Shown here piece by piece: positions 10,511-25,700 of a stretch of 64,000 bases of DNA. The stretch is from Alphaproteobacteria bacterium. GTDB taxonomy: Bacteria; Pseudomonadota; Alphaproteobacteria; UBA9219; RFNS01. The stretch is from positions 50,356-114,355 of the forward strand of contig JBASFQ010000012.1 of assembly GCA_049653105.1 (NCBI GenBank), read 5' to 3'. The translations under genes and the position numbers were made by a program. Each line of letters opens with the position of its first letter. Within the stretch, counting starts at the first letter, position 1. The notes beneath the pieces are model-generated. The model worked only from the letters and a program-made list of their open reading frames with translations, made no database searches and was not told where the DNA came from.

Positions 10511-10521
10511 TGAAGCACAAT

Positions 10522-11460
10522 TTACCGTCCTTGCCGCGCCGCTTGCAGTTTTTTGAAGTCATCACCGGCATGATAGGATGAGCGCGTCAGCGGCGAACTG
10601 GCAACCAGCAAGAATCCCTTGCCACGTCCCAGAGTCCCGTAATCAGCAAATTCATCCGGCGTCACGAATTTTGCGACAGCCGCATGTTTCGGCGTCGGTT
10701 GAAGATATTGCCCTATCGTCAGGAAGTCGACATCAGCCGCACGCAGGTCATCCATAACCTGCATCACCTCTTCCCGCTCTTCACCCAGACCTGCCATAAG
10801 GCCTGATTTGGTGAAGATGCTCGGGTCGATTTGTTTGGCCTGCTGCAACAGCCGGAGCGACGTGAAATAGCGCGCACCAGGTCGAATTCCTGGATACAAG
10901 CGCGGCACGGTCTCCAGATTGTGATTGAAAACATCCGGACGCGCCGCGATCACTGTTTCCAGCGCGCCATCCTTACGCATGAAATCCGGCGTCAGAACTT
11001 CGATGGTCGTTCCCGGCGCAGATTGACGAATGGCGGAAATAACGCGGGCAAAATGCTCAGCTCCACCGTCGTCCAGATCGTCACGGTCAACCGAGGTAAT
11101 AACTACATGATGCAGTCCCATTTTGGCCACAGCATCGGCCACGCGCTCCGGCTCATGCGGGTCGAGCAAATCCGGTTTGCCCGTCGCCACATTGCAGAAC
11201 GCGCAAGCGCGCGTGCAAACCGTGCCCAAAATCATAAAGGTCGCGTGCTTATGTTTCCAACACTCGCCGATATTCGGACATGCCGCCTCTTCGCACACAG
11301 TATGCAGCTTGTGCTCACGCACCAAAGCCTGCGTCGCAAAATATTCCGGGCTGTTCGGCGCCTTGACGCGAATCCATTCCGGTTTGCGCGGAACAGGATT
11401 ATCGGGGCGGTGCGCCTTTTCCGGATGGCGTATTTTCTGCGGGTCTGTTTGTCCGTCCAT
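10522..11460 (-). CDS. lipA: Lipoyl synthase
   Basis: 312 aa. The radical-SAM CxxxCxxC cluster (CTRACAFC) and the auxiliary Cys cluster ([12 protein letters not shown]) are present. Confidence 0.92.
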   Translation of the reverse strand: MDGQTDPQKIRHPEKAHRPDNPVPRKPEWIRVKAPNSPEYFATQALVREHKLHTVCEEAACPNIGECWKHKHATFMILGTVCTRACAFCNVATGKPDLLDPHEPERVADAVAKMGLHHVVITSVDRDDLDDGGAEHFARVISAIRQSAPGTTIEVLTPDFMRKDGALETVIAARPDVFNHNLETVPRLYPGIRPGARYFTSLRLLQQAKQIDPSIFTKSGLMAGLGEEREEVMQVMDDLRAADVDFLTIGQYLQPTPKHAAVAKFVTPDEFADYGTLGRGKGFLLVASSPLTRSSYHAGDDFKKLQAARQGR

Positions 11461-11524
11461 GTATCACAGTTTAATCCGCGTGCGCTCTTTCGACGAGTAA
11501 ATATAAAATAATGAATTCAATCAA

Positions 11525-12922
11525 TTACATATGAATAACCTTCCCATAGGCATCCAGAACGGCTTCATGCATCGTTTCAGAAATCGTCGGATGTGGGAAG
11601 ACCGTATGCATCAACTCCTGCTCTGTGGTTTCGAGCGTCCGGCCGATGACATAGCCTTGAATCATTTCCGTCACTTCGGGGCCAATCATATGCGCGCCCA
11701 AAAGCTCACCGGTCTTGGCGTCAAACACAGTCTTGACCATACCCTCAGGTTCTCCCAAGGCGATGGCCTTGCCGTTGCCAAGAAAGTTGAAGCGCCCGAC
11801 TTTGACTTCGCGCCCGGATGCCTTCGCTTTCGCCTCAGTCATGCCGACACTTGCGACTTGCGGCGTGCAATAGGTACACCCAGGAATATTGCCGGCATTG
11901 AGTGGATGGACGCCTTTAATGCCCGCGATCTTTTCCACGCAGATAATGCCTTCATGACTTGCCTTGTGCGCCAGCCATGGCGGCCCGGCGACATCGCCGA
12001 TGGCATAAACACCCGGTTCCCCCGTTGCGCTCCATTGGTCGATAACAATATGTCCGCGGTCTGTTTTAATTTTGGTATTTTCCAGACCGATATTTTCGAT
12101 GTTTCCGGTTATACCGACGGCCATGATGACGCGATCAACCGTAAGCGGCGTGACAACGCCTTTTTGCTCGATGTTGGCCGTGACTGAATTACCCTTACTC
12201 TTATCCAGGGACTTGACTGTGGCGCCGGTGATTATCTTGATACCCTGCTTTTCGAACGCCTTGCGCGCGAAAGCGGATATTTCCTCATCCTCGACCGGAA
12301 GAACACGATCCATGACTTCGACGACCGCGACTTCAACGCCCAGGGCGCGATAAAAGCTGGCAAATTCTATGCCAATAGCGCCGGAACCAACGACCAGAAG
12401 CGATTTTGGTAATTCCTCAGGAACCATTGCCTCGCGATATGTCCAAACCCGTTTTCCGTCCGGTTCCATACCCGGTAAAGCGCGCGCCCGCGCTCCGGTG
12501 GCAATAATGATGTGCTGGGCAGTAAGTGTTGCGACCTTCTGATTATCCTTGCTGACTTCCACCTGTCCCTTGCCCAGCAATTTGGCGTGGCCGTCAATGA
12601 CCTCGACCTTGTTTTTCTTGAGCAGATGCTTCACGCCACCCGAAAGCTGTCCCGCGACCTTGCGCGAACGCGCGACGATTTTTCCCAGGTCAAAACTTAC
12701 GCCTTGCACCGTAAAACCGTAATCTTCAGCATGCCTGATAATATTTCCGACTTCCGCAGAGCGCAGCAAAGCCTTGGTTGGAATACATCCCCAATTGAGA
12801 CAGATCCCACCAAGATGCGCCTTCTCCACCAAACTCACTTTCATGCCCAGTTGTGCCGCACGAATGGCGGTAACATAGCCACCCGGGCCACCACCGATGA
12901 CGATAATATCGAACTGGCTCAT
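11525..12922 (-). CDS. lpdA: Dihydrolipoyl dehydrogenase (E3)
   Basis: 465 aa with an FAD-binding GGGPGGY motif, the redox-active disulfide GGICLNWGCIPTK and a C-terminal dimerisation domain carrying the HP active-site dyad. Confidence 0.92.
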   Translation of the reverse strand: MSQFDIIVIGGGPGGYVTAIRAAQLGMKVSLVEKAHLGGICLNWGCIPTKALLRSAEVGNIIRHAEDYGFTVQGVSFDLGKIVARSRKVAGQLSGGVKHLLKKNKVEVIDGHAKLLGKGQVEVSKDNQKVATLTAQHIIIATGARARALPGMEPDGKRVWTYREAMVPEELPKSLLVVGSGAIGIEFASFYRALGVEVAVVEVMDRVLPVEDEEISAFARKAFEKQGIKIITGATVKSLDKSKGNSVTANIEQKGVVTPLTVDRVIMAVGITGNIENIGLENTKIKTDRGHIVIDQWSATGEPGVYAIGDVAGPPWLAHKASHEGIICVEKIAGIKGVHPLNAGNIPGCTYCTPQVASVGMTEAKAKASGREVKVGRFNFLGNGKAIALGEPEGMVKTVFDAKTGELLGAHMIGPEVTEMIQGYVIGRTLETTEQELMHTVFPHPTISETMHEAVLDAYGKVIHM

Positions 12923-13185
12923 CTTTGATCCTTCACAAATTTATCCAGCCACCACACACGAATGTGCGGCATGGCAAGCGTCACCAACAAGTATCCCAGC
13001 ACCGGAACCAAGGACGGCACAAGCACGTCATGATGATCGACCAGACGCAAAACCAGCGCTGTACAGAAATACGTGACAATGGCAATCCAGCCGCGTTTAA
13101 CCCAGCTTACTTCCCACGCCACTTCGGCCGCGACTCGTGCATCGCGTTCCTCAATCGCGTCAATTCTTAATTGTAATTCCTGCAT
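12919..13185 (-). CDS. Small hypothetical membrane protein between pdhC and lpdA
   Basis: 88 aa with one predicted TM helix. It overlaps the start and stop of its neighbours (ATGA coupling), which suggests it is translated. Confidence 0.3.
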   Translation of the reverse strand: MQELQLRIDAIEERDARVAAEVAWEVSWVKRGWIAIVTYFCTALVLRLVDHHDVLVPSLVPVLGYLLVTLAMPHIRVWWLDKFVKDQR

Positions 13186-14477
13186 CAGATGACCAAGCTG
13201 TAGGGTTGCTCAATCAGGGTTTTAAAGGCTTGCAAAAATTCTGCGCCGACCGCGCCATCCACAGCGCGATGATCAACAGAAAGTGTACATGACATAACCG
13301 TACCGACAGCCAATTGTCCATCGCGTACAATTGGTCTTTGTTCCCCTGCTCCGACCGCAAGAATGCATGCCTGGGGCGGATTGATGATCGCCGCAAAATC
13401 CTTGACCCCGTACATGCCGAGGTTAGAAACCGTAAAACCACCCCCGAGGAATTCTTCAGGGCGCAGCTTTCCTTCGCGCGCGCGCGTGGCCAGATCTTTC
13501 ATCTGCTTAGAAATTTCGGCAATGGTTTTGGTGTCCGTGTTCTTGATAATCGGTGTAATCAACCCGTTCGGCGTCGCCACCGCGATGGAAACATCAACAC
13601 TTTTGTAAATCAAGATTGCATCATCCGTCCATGATGCATTCGCCGCAGGAACCTTTTTCATGCCCAGAGCTACGGCGCGGATGACAAAATCATTGACCGA
13701 AATCTTGACGCCGTCGAGCATGTTCATCTGCTTGCGTAAATCAAGCAGCTGATCAATCTGACAATCGATGGTCAGATAGAAATGCGGTACGGTCTGTTTG
13801 GATTCCGTCAAACGCTTGGCAATAACCTTGCGAACGGCACTGTTGGGGACGGCCTCATAAGCCATGCCGAGTTTGTCGGCAAGATCACGCGCATCAATCC
13901 CCGCAGGCATAGAACCACCGCGCTTTGATGCAGGCGATGTCCCGGCGCCTCCGCTTTCCTGAGCCGACGTAATATCGGCCTTGACGATACGTCCGCCGGG
14001 ACCGCTGCCCTGCACGCGCGACAGATCCACGCCGACCTGCTCCGCGACCCGACGCGCCAGCGGACTGGCCAAAATGCGTCCTCCTGCTGAAGCCCGCCCC
14101 GGAACCGCCGCCGCAAGCGGCGCAGCCAGCATTGGTGCAGGGATAGCCTTGGTTTCCTTGGGAGCTGTGGCCGCAGGGGCAACCTGTTTTGCCGTATCTT
14201 TTGCCGTGGGAACCGTAATGGCGGCAATATCCTCGCCGTCCTCAGCCAGAATGGCGATCAGGGCATTGACGGCCACCCCTTGTGTTCCGGCAGGAACCAA
14301 TATCTTTGCAATCTTCCCCTCGTCAACCGCTTCAACTTCCATCGTTGCCTTATCAGTCTCGATTTCGGCAATGACTTGACCGGATTTGACACTATCACCC
14401 TCCTTCTTTAACCAGCGGGCCAGATTGCCTTCGGTCATTGTCGGAGAAAGCGCGGGCATAAGAATGTTGATGGGCAT
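13185..14477 (-). CDS. pdhC: Pyruvate dehydrogenase complex dihydrolipoamide acetyltransferase (E2)
   Basis: 430 aa with an N-terminal lipoyl domain ([10 protein letters not shown]), an Ala/Pro-rich linker, a subunit-binding domain and a catalytic domain with the DHRxxDG motif (SVDHRAVDGA). Confidence 0.9.
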   Translation of the reverse strand: MPINILMPALSPTMTEGNLARWLKKEGDSVKSGQVIAEIETDKATMEVEAVDEGKIAKILVPAGTQGVAVNALIAILAEDGEDIAAITVPTAKDTAKQVAPAATAPKETKAIPAPMLAAPLAAAVPGRASAGGRILASPLARRVAEQVGVDLSRVQGSGPGGRIVKADITSAQESGGAGTSPASKRGGSMPAGIDARDLADKLGMAYEAVPNSAVRKVIAKRLTESKQTVPHFYLTIDCQIDQLLDLRKQMNMLDGVKISVNDFVIRAVALGMKKVPAANASWTDDAILIYKSVDVSIAVATPNGLITPIIKNTDTKTIAEISKQMKDLATRAREGKLRPEEFLGGGFTVSNLGMYGVKDFAAIINPPQACILAVGAGEQRPIVRDGQLAVGTVMSCTLSVDHRAVDGAVGAEFLQAFKTLIEQPYSLVI

Positions 14478-14565
14478 GATACGACCTTGAACCTATTTCC
14501 TTTTCCGCAGACGGGAGAAGGAGATTGTTTCCTCGTGAATGTGGACTTGAAAACCAGTCAGAATA

Positions 14566-15933
14566 CTAGGCAGCCCGTTTATAGCACACCTGCCGGGCGG
14601 CGGCGACAATGTTATCAACCTGCGGAACGGCCATCTTTTCCAAATTTGCTGCATAGGGCAACGGCACATCGGCGCCGTGCACCCGCACCACCGGCGCATC
14701 CAGATAATCAAACGCCTGCTCCATCATCAGGGCGGCGATTTCTGAACCGATCCCCGCAACCGGCCACCCTTCTTCAACGGAAACCAGGCGATTGGTTTTC
14801 TTGACGCTGGCCACCACCGTGTCAGCGTCAAAAGGGCGCAGCGAGCGCAAATTGATCACTTCGGCCTGTAGGCCCTCGGCAGCCAGTTGTTCTGCTGCCT
14901 GCAGCGCCTGTCCCACTTGCCGCGAGAAAGCCGTGATGGTGACATCATTGCCTTCGCGCATGACCAGCGCCTTGCCAATGGGGATGATAAAGTCCGGATC
15001 ATCCGGCACATCAAAACTTTGCCCGTACATCAATTCGTTTTCAAGGAAGATGACGGGATTATTATCGCGGATCGCGGATTTGATCAGACCCTTGGCATCG
15101 GCAGCGCTATAAGGTGCGACGACCTTAAGCCCCGGCACATGGGCGTACCAGCTGGCATAACACTGCGAATGCTGGGCACCAACGCGCGACGCAATCCCGT
15201 TGGGTCCACGAAAGACAATCGGGCATCCCATCTGTCCACCCGACATATAAAGTGTCTTGGCGGCAGAATTGATGATCTGATCCATCGCTTGCATGGAAAA
15301 ATTCATGGTCATGAATTCAATAATCGGCCGCAGTCCGCCAAACGCGGCGCCAACACCGAGACCAGCAAAGCCCATTTCCGTGATCGGACTGTCAACCACG
15401 CGATCTGCCCCGAACTCCTGCAACAATCCCTGGCTGACCTTATACGCCCCTTGATACTCGGCGACTTCTTCGCCCAGAAGGAAAATGGTCGAATCGCGGC
15501 GCATTTCCTCTGCGATACCATCGCGCAGCGCTTCGCGCACAGTTTGACGAACAAATTTTGTATAGGTCTTTTCCGTGAAAATCTGTGGCACGGCGGGAGC
15601 CTGTGACGCGGTCGGCAGGTGCACGACATTCGCGGCGGCCAGCTTCGGCGGTGGAGCCACTGCCTCAATTTTTGCCGGAGGCCGTGCTGTTTCCTCGCCC
15701 TGCATTAAGGCAATTGGCGTGTTCACGGCAACGCCTTCGGTTCCCGCAGGAATCAGGATCTTTTCCAGAATGCCTTCATCGACAGCTTCAACTTCCATCG
15801 TTGCCTTGTCAGTCTCAATCTCGGCAATTGTCTGACCAGGGCGCACCATGTCGCCCTCCTTCTTCAGCCAACGCGCCAATTTTCCTTCGGTCATCGTCGG
15901 CGATAAGGCTGGCATAAGGATTTGTATCGACAT
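14566..15933 (-). CDS. pdhB: Pyruvate dehydrogenase E1 beta subunit with an N-terminal lipoyl domain
   Basis: The ORF extends to 15978, but the likely start is the [14 protein letters not shown] methionine at 15933. A lipoyl domain, then an Ala/Pro linker, then the transketolase-like E1 beta core. Confidence 0.9.
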   Translation of the reverse strand: MSIQILMPALSPTMTEGKLARWLKKEGDMVRPGQTIAEIETDKATMEVEAVDEGILEKILIPAGTEGVAVNTPIALMQGEETARPPAKIEAVAPPPKLAAANVVHLPTASQAPAVPQIFTEKTYTKFVRQTVREALRDGIAEEMRRDSTIFLLGEEVAEYQGAYKVSQGLLQEFGADRVVDSPITEMGFAGLGVGAAFGGLRPIIEFMTMNFSMQAMDQIINSAAKTLYMSGGQMGCPIVFRGPNGIASRVGAQHSQCYASWYAHVPGLKVVAPYSAADAKGLIKSAIRDNNPVIFLENELMYGQSFDVPDDPDFIIPIGKALVMREGNDVTITAFSRQVGQALQAAEQLAAEGLQAEVINLRSLRPFDADTVVASVKKTNRLVSVEEGWPVAGIGSEIAALMMEQAFDYLDAPVVRVHGADVPLPYAANLEKMAVPQVDNIVAAARQVCYKRAA

Positions 15934-15956
15934 TTTCTTTTCCGCTGCAAGTAAGT

Positions 15957-16967
15957 TTAAAGCAGGACATCCGTCCACAGTTCCGCAGGATCAGGCTCTG
16001 GGCTTTGCTGCGCGAATTCAGCCGCAGCATTGACGGTCTCGCGTATTTCTTTTTCTATTACCTTCAACTCATCCTCGCTGGCCAAGCGGTCGGTCAGCAA
16101 AATTTTCCGCAAAGCTTCGATAGGATCATGCTGATCACGCATGGAGTCCACTTCTTCCTTGGCGCGATATTTTGCAGGATCCGACATCGAATGGCCGCGA
16201 TAGCGATATGTCACCATTTCAAGCAACATGGGGCCGCGTCCTGAACGGACATATTCCAATGCCTCTTCAGCCGCCGCGCGTACTTTCACGACGTCCATGC
16301 CATCAACCTTACGCCCGGGAATGCCGTATCCCTCGCCACGACGCCACAACTCACCGGCAGCGTGTCGCGCCTGGCTTGTGCCCATGCTGTACTTATTGTT
16401 TTCAATAATGAACAGGACAGGCAGCTTCCATAACGCCGCCATGTTGAAGCTCTCGTAAACCTGCCCCTGATTGGCCGCGCCGTCGCCCATATAGGTCAGG
16501 CAGACGCCATTATCCTTCTTGTAGTGATGTGCGAAAGCCAATCCCGTACCGATGGGAACCTGTGCTCCGACGATGCCGTGGCCACCAAAGAAATTCTTTT
16601 CGCGGCTGAACATGTGCATCGAACCACCCTTGCCGCGCGAATACCCCCCGCTGCGCCCGGTCAGTTCCGCCATCACCCCCTTGGGATCCATGGCCGCCGC
16701 CAGCATATGGCCGTGATCGCGATAGGATGTGATCATCGTATCCTGCGGTAACTGCGCCGCCTGCATGCCGACGACAACGGCCTCCTGCCCGATATAGAGG
16801 TGGCAGAAACCGCCGATCAATCCCATGCCATAAAGCTGCCCCGCTTTTTCTTCAAAGCGGCGGATCAGCAGCATATCGCGGAAATGCCTTTTCAGTTCCA
16901 CAGCAAGCGCCTGAGGCTGTGTGTCCACAACCCTGAAGTTGCCGCTCTGAGGCTTGCCAACATGCAT
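15957..16967 (-). CDS. pdhA: Pyruvate dehydrogenase E1 alpha subunit
   Basis: 336 aa with a ThDP-binding motif (GDGAANQGQ) and the phosphorylation-loop-like region [11 protein letters not shown]. Confidence 0.92.
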   Translation of the reverse strand: MHVGKPQSGNFRVVDTQPQALAVELKRHFRDMLLIRRFEEKAGQLYGMGLIGGFCHLYIGQEAVVVGMQAAQLPQDTMITSYRDHGHMLAAAMDPKGVMAELTGRSGGYSRGKGGSMHMFSREKNFFGGHGIVGAQVPIGTGLAFAHHYKKDNGVCLTYMGDGAANQGQVYESFNMAALWKLPVLFIIENNKYSMGTSQARHAAGELWRRGEGYGIPGRKVDGMDVVKVRAAAEEALEYVRSGRGPMLLEMVTYRYRGHSMSDPAKYRAKEEVDSMRDQHDPIEALRKILLTDRLASEDELKVIEKEIRETVNAAAEFAQQSPEPDPAELWTDVLL

Positions 16968-17134
16968 CGCAATGACTCCATGAATTCGACACGCAGAGCG
17001 CGGTGCATTTGCGCCCGGTGATATTCCGTTGCCGGAGACCTATAACGGCACGAAGAATTTTTCAAGCACCACCCGAGAAAGCATATAATAATCTGCATCA
17101 ATATAACCCGGCATGATTGCGAATGCATTAAACA

Positions 17135-17494
17135 TTACGGCTTTGTGCGCTGCAGCATTTGCTGCTTTGCGCCATCATTTTGTTGCGGCGCAACGATAAT
17201 AACCATTTCATTGGGTCTGGCGACATCAAGCTGCTTGCGTGCCTGCTCATCCAGCAAATCCGGGTCAATACCGTCAGGGCGCATGCGCTTCACGCGCGCT
17301 TCAAGTGTCATGCGTTCATTTCGCACCTGCGCCAAGCGATGCTCAGAATGATGCACTTCATTTTGCATCCGCAGCATGGCGATGATGCCACGGTCACCCT
17401 GAATGGTCAGGTACAAAAAATAAATAAAAACGAGCACCATGATCAGAGAAATCGCGAGACTGCGTGCGTTTTTATCAAGCCATGCGCGAATCAT
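17135..17494 (-). CDS. ftsB: Septum formation initiator family protein (FtsB/DivIC-like)
   Basis: 119 aa with an N-terminal TM helix followed by a coiled coil. This is the conserved position between eno and pdhA in alphaproteobacteria. Confidence 0.65.
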   Translation of the reverse strand: MIRAWLDKNARSLAISLIMVLVFIYFLYLTIQGDRGIIAMLRMQNEVHHSEHRLAQVRNERMTLEARVKRMRPDGIDPDLLDEQARKQLDVARPNEMVIIVAPQQNDGAKQQMLQRTKP

Positions 17495-17719
17495 GCTTGG
17501 ACTCCCGGCATGCTCGATCTACACGCCCATGCTATTCCCGGCGACGTCTGCAGCATGATTCGATCCGTGTGGTCATCCAGATGTGTGTCCGAGACACCAC
17601 CATAACAACTTTCTGCTGCCGTCACATGCGTCCGGTAATCAGCCGTTCCGGATGAAGCCGTGAAGCGCGGCTTGAGTTTATGGACGGCTTCCACCACCAC
17701 CACCCCCTCCTCTATGGAG

Positions 17720-20057
<2,338 letters not shown>

Positions 20058-20062
20058 ACACC

Positions 20063-20644
20063 ATGGCACTCAATCTGATCTCCAGCGCGCAGCTCCCCAA
20101 CCAGTATGGGGACTTTACGATTCATATTTTTACCGACGACGCAGGTGTTGAGTATCCGGTATTGACCGCAGGCAAACTTGTCGATCCGGTTTTAACCCGT
20201 ATTCATTCGGCCTGTACCACCGGTGACATTTTCGGATCCATGCGTTGCGATTGTCAGGCGCAACTCAATCTGGCGATGGCTAAAATCGGCGCGGAAAGCT
20301 GTGGCATCGTTATCTATGCCGCCGACCATGAAGGCCGCGGCATCGGGTTAAGCAATAAAATCCGCGCTTATGCGCTGCAAGACCAGGGGCACGATACGGT
20401 TACTGCCAATGAGCATCTGGGTTTTAAGGCCGACCAACGCGAGTACAAGGTCGTGGCGGAAATCCTGCGCCATTTTGGCATTCGTGCGGTTCGGCTGTTG
20501 ACCAACAATCCACAAAAAATGGCCGCCTTAACGGCGCAGGGCATTAAAGTTGCGACGCGCCTGCCCCTCTGGATCGCAGATAACCCGCACAACACGGCCT
20601 ATCTGCAAACCAAGCGCAGAAAAATGGGGCACATCAGTTCATAA
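20063..20644 (+). CDS. ribA: GTP cyclohydrolase II
   Basis: 193 aa with the zinc-binding motif CxxGxxxxSxRCDC (HSACTTGDIFGSMRCDC). Confidence 0.8.
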   Translation: MALNLISSAQLPNQYGDFTIHIFTDDAGVEYPVLTAGKLVDPVLTRIHSACTTGDIFGSMRCDCQAQLNLAMAKIGAESCGIVIYAADHEGRGIGLSNKIRAYALQDQGHDTVTANEHLGFKADQREYKVVAEILRHFGIRAVRLLTNNPQKMAALTAQGIKVATRLPLWIADNPHNTAYLQTKRRKMGHISS

Positions 20645-20659
20645 CCTGATGAATTGCCC

Positions 20660-22300
<1,641 letters not shown>

Positions 22301-22333
22301 CTATGCAAAGCCAAAACCAATATCGTGCAGGCT

Positions 22334-22720
22334 TTATTGCGCCATCGGCACAGCAGGAGCCACCGGCGCGGTCGGCTTAACGTCTTTTGCGGTTAAAGGG
22401 GTCGGCGCGGCGGGCGCTTCCGGAGATGCCGGAGCCTGAGTTGCTGGCTTTCCGGCAATTGTCTCAATATTCAGGTTGCGTTGGGCGCCGCTGTTATTAC
22501 CGGCCAGTACGGTCAGCGCCAGACTGGTGACGATGAATATGGTGGCCAATATCGCCGTCGTCCGTGACAGCACATTAGCGCTGCCCCGTGCCGTGAATAC
22601 GCCCCCCATCGTGCCGCCGCCAGTCAGGCCGCCACCGTCCTGCGCCGTGCGCTGGATAAGGATCAGCAGGATCATCGCCAGTGCAACCAGCAAATGTATG
22701 ACAAGGATAACGTTTTCCAT
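22334..22720 (-). CDS. secG: Preprotein translocase subunit SecG
   Basis: 128 aa with two TM helices and a Gly-rich loop (LIQRTAQDGGGLTGGG). Gene order is tpiA-secG-pyrG. Confidence 0.8.
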   Translation of the reverse strand: MENVILVIHLLVALAMILLILIQRTAQDGGGLTGGGTMGGVFTARGSANVLSRTTAILATIFIVTSLALTVLAGNNSGAQRNLNIETIAGKPATQAPASPEAPAAPTPLTAKDVKPTAPVAPAVPMAQ

Positions 22721-22886
22721 TTTATACTCCCAGGACGCGGCACAGCAGGCCGCCCAGAAACTCCCCGCAAAGAAGGAGATCGCCGTACCAAACCGCTATG
22801 GGAATTTCTCGTAGCACGAAGCCAGGGCAGGCGCAAACAGGAAAGATACCACGGCAGGCGTCACATCTTACCTACAATACCCTGGA

Positions 22887-23633
22887 TTAATTGGCCTTTT
22901 CGCAAATGGCCCAGAAGCCGTCGGCGTTCAAGCTCACCGATCCAACGAGAAAGCCGTCAATTTCTGGGCTGGCCAAGTAATTTTCTGCCAGTTGTGGCGT
23001 CACCGAGCCCCCATAAATCACCTGCACCGCCTCGCCAACAGGGCCCAGGACTTTCCGGATATGCCGGTGCATCTTTTCCACTTCGACCACTTCTGGAGTG
23101 ACCCCCGTCCCTATCGCCCAAACCGGCTCATAGGCCACGACAAGATTGGCCGCCGTGAATTTCTGGGGCAGAGATTGGCGCAGTTGCGCTTCAACTGCCT
23201 CGGATTTCTTGCCGGCGTCGTATTCTTCCCGGGTTTCACCGACACACAGGACTGCGGTCAGCCCGGCATGCTGCACGGCGGTGAACTTATGCGCCACCAA
23301 TGCTGAATTTTCACAGTGCGCCGTGCGCCGCTCTGAATGGCCGATAATCACATATCGGCATCCCATATCGACCAACATGGCCGCACTGACATCCCCGGTA
23401 TAGGCGCCGTGATTCTCATGGTGACAATCCTGCGCGCCCAACTTGATCGGCGACTCGCTCAAGACCTCCATCACCGGCCACAACAGTGTAAAAGGTGGAC
23501 AAATGACAACTTCAGCTGCCAGATTCCGGCGCGCCTTGACACGCTGAACCAGTTCGTTGGCCAAAGACAGGCCGGATGTTAACCGGCCATGCATTTTCCA
23601 GTTTCCGACGATGAGTTTACGACGACGTGACAT
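22887..23633 (-). CDS. tpiA: Triosephosphate isomerase
   Basis: 248 aa with the motifs IVGNWKMHG and VIIGHSERR and the active-site region AYEPVWAIGTG. Confidence 0.92.
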   Translation of the reverse strand: MSRRRKLIVGNWKMHGRLTSGLSLANELVQRVKARRNLAAEVVICPPFTLLWPVMEVLSESPIKLGAQDCHHENHGAYTGDVSAAMLVDMGCRYVIIGHSERRTAHCENSALVAHKFTAVQHAGLTAVLCVGETREEYDAGKKSEAVEAQLRQSLPQKFTAANLVVAYEPVWAIGTGVTPEVVEVEKMHRHIRKVLGPVGEAVQVIYGGSVTPQLAENYLASPEIDGFLVGSVSLNADGFWAICEKAN

Positions 23634-23753
23634 GAGCGATAATATCCGGTAAGGCTTTTTGAAAGCGGTTGTCGAAAAGGCATGTTGCTTTTAACATGCT
23701 AGTTAACGACATTGAATGGAAATCTTTAACGAAATCTAAACAAGGAACTTTCG

Positions 23754-25700
23754 ATGTTACGAGCCATGCGCGGCGCTGCCCAGACGTGGGTAATCAAGCT
23801 GTTGTTAATATTTCTGATCATCTCGTTTGCGGTCTGGGGCGTTGGCGACATGTTCCGCGGCAATCCGCAACAGCGGGTCGTAGCGTGCATCGGCGGGTTC
23901 TACATACCTTTCAAGATTTTCTTCGGCTCGACCGGTTCAATCTGCACGGGGAAATCGATTACCGTGCAGAATCTTCTGGACGGATTTCAGCGCAATGTCG
24001 AGTTAGCCCGCAAAACCATGGGGCCAGATTTTACACCACAGGTCGCCCGGCAGATGGGCTATCTGGACAACACTCTGAGCGAACTCATCGCCTACATTTT
24101 ATATGAGCGCCCAGTTCAGGAGAGCGGGTTAAAATTCGACGATACGTTCATTCTACAAGAACTCACCAACGCACCATCATTGCGAACCAAAGACGGCAAG
24201 TTTGACGCCGAAGCGTTCCGCAATGCCGCCAGCAAGATGCGTATGACGGAACAAGAATTCCTTGATTATGCCCGTAAATCCTATGAGCGCGATCTGATCC
24301 TCGCGACAATGGCTGGTGCTGTCGAATTACCCAAGATCGTTACCGACGAAATTGTCGTCGCGCATGGCCAGGAACGTCATATTCAGGTTTTACGTCTCGC
24401 CCACGATACTTTAGACGTTCCAGCCAAACCAAACGATGAAGAACGCCGCAAATATCATGCCGATCACGGCGCACAATTTACCGCTCCCGAATATCGTAGC
24501 GTCAGCGTTCTTGAAATCCTATTCAACGATATCATGAAGAACACCGTTATTTCAGACGAAGAAATTGCTGCCGCGTTTGATAAGAGGCAGGAAGAATTTG
24601 CCCTTCCTGAACGACGCAGTCTGCTCCAGGTTATCCTGCACGACGAAGCCAAGGCCAACGCTGTTGCCGCCGAAGCCAAAAGTGGCAAAGACCTTAAAAA
24701 AATTGCCGCAGCACAGCGTTTAAACCCCATCAATCTGGAAGACCAAACAGAGCAGAACATCCTGCCATCCCTCTATACGAACGTTTTTACCGCCAGCACC
24801 GGCGCAATTATCGGACCGATTCATACCGATTATGGCTGGCACGTCATGCAACTCACGCAAATTAAACCGGCGACACAGCCGACTCTCGCCGATGTTAAAG
24901 ATGCCTTGCGCGCCAAGTTGCAACAGGAACGCGCCGCGGAAGACCTTCAGAATGTCGCAAACAAGGTCGACGATGACCTTGCCGGGGGGAAGAGTCTTGA
25001 GGAAATCGCCGAGGCCTACAAATTCAAGCTGACAAAACATCCGGCACTTGATGCTGCAGGTCTTACACAGGACGGCAAGAGTTCAGGTATCGCTCTACCT
25101 GACATAACACTCAAGAATGCTTTTGGCCTCAATGAAGGTGAGAGCAGCAGTTTGCTGGACGATCGCAGGGGCAATTATCTGGTTCTTCATGTTGACAAGA
25201 TTATAGCATCGCATGTGCGTGATCTGTCATCGGTGCAAGACCAGGTTGACGCTGCGTGGCGTGCGGATCAACAGACTCAGGCCGCCGCAGCCGAAGCAGC
25301 GAAGCTGGCTGATCTTTGGCGTCATGAACCTCATACCTATAATGACCTGCTTAAAAAGCGTGGGGTTAGTGCTGTCGCGACACATCCGGTCTCATTACTA
25401 TCCGGGTTTGACAAGGCATTGCCGCACACCATGCAAAAAGAGGTTTTTGCTCTCAAACTGGGCGAGGTTACCATCGGCGCTGATGCCGGCGCACACTACC
25501 TGGTTCGACTTTCTGAGTACAAGGCGTTGAAGACTGCCGAGAATGCTGAGGCACAAGATGCTTTGAAAAAACGAATGGCAAATGATTGGCGCACCGCCCT
25601 CATGGAGCAGTACGAAGCCTTGCTCCAGAAAGAAACGCCCCCCTATGTCAATAGAGCCATTATCGATGAGTTACGCCACACAGCATCACTCAACGATTAG
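23754..25700 (+). CDS. ppiD: Periplasmic folding chaperone/peptidyl-prolyl isomerase PpiD (SurA-N plus parvulin domains)
   Basis: 648 aa with an N-terminal signal-anchor TM and an internal parvulin-like segment (GPIHTDYGWHVMQL). Its position divergent from tpiA is typical. Confidence 0.7.
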   Translation: MLRAMRGAAQTWVIKLLLIFLIISFAVWGVGDMFRGNPQQRVVACIGGFYIPFKIFFGSTGSICTGKSITVQNLLDGFQRNVELARKTMGPDFTPQVARQMGYLDNTLSELIAYILYERPVQESGLKFDDTFILQELTNAPSLRTKDGKFDAEAFRNAASKMRMTEQEFLDYARKSYERDLILATMAGAVELPKIVTDEIVVAHGQERHIQVLRLAHDTLDVPAKPNDEERRKYHADHGAQFTAPEYRSVSVLEILFNDIMKNTVISDEEIAAAFDKRQEEFALPERRSLLQVILHDEAKANAVAAEAKSGKDLKKIAAAQRLNPINLEDQTEQNILPSLYTNVFTASTGAIIGPIHTDYGWHVMQLTQIKPATQPTLADVKDALRAKLQQERAAEDLQNVANKVDDDLAGGKSLEEIAEAYKFKLTKHPALDAAGLTQDGKSSGIALPDITLKNAFGLNEGESSSLLDDRRGNYLVLHVDKIIASHVRDLSSVQDQVDAAWRADQQTQAAAAEAAKLADLWRHEPHTYNDLLKKRGVSAVATHPVSLLSGFDKALPHTMQKEVFALKLGEVTIGADAGAHYLVRLSEYKALKTAENAEAQDALKKRMANDWRTALMEQYEALLQKETPPYVNRAIIDELRHTASLND

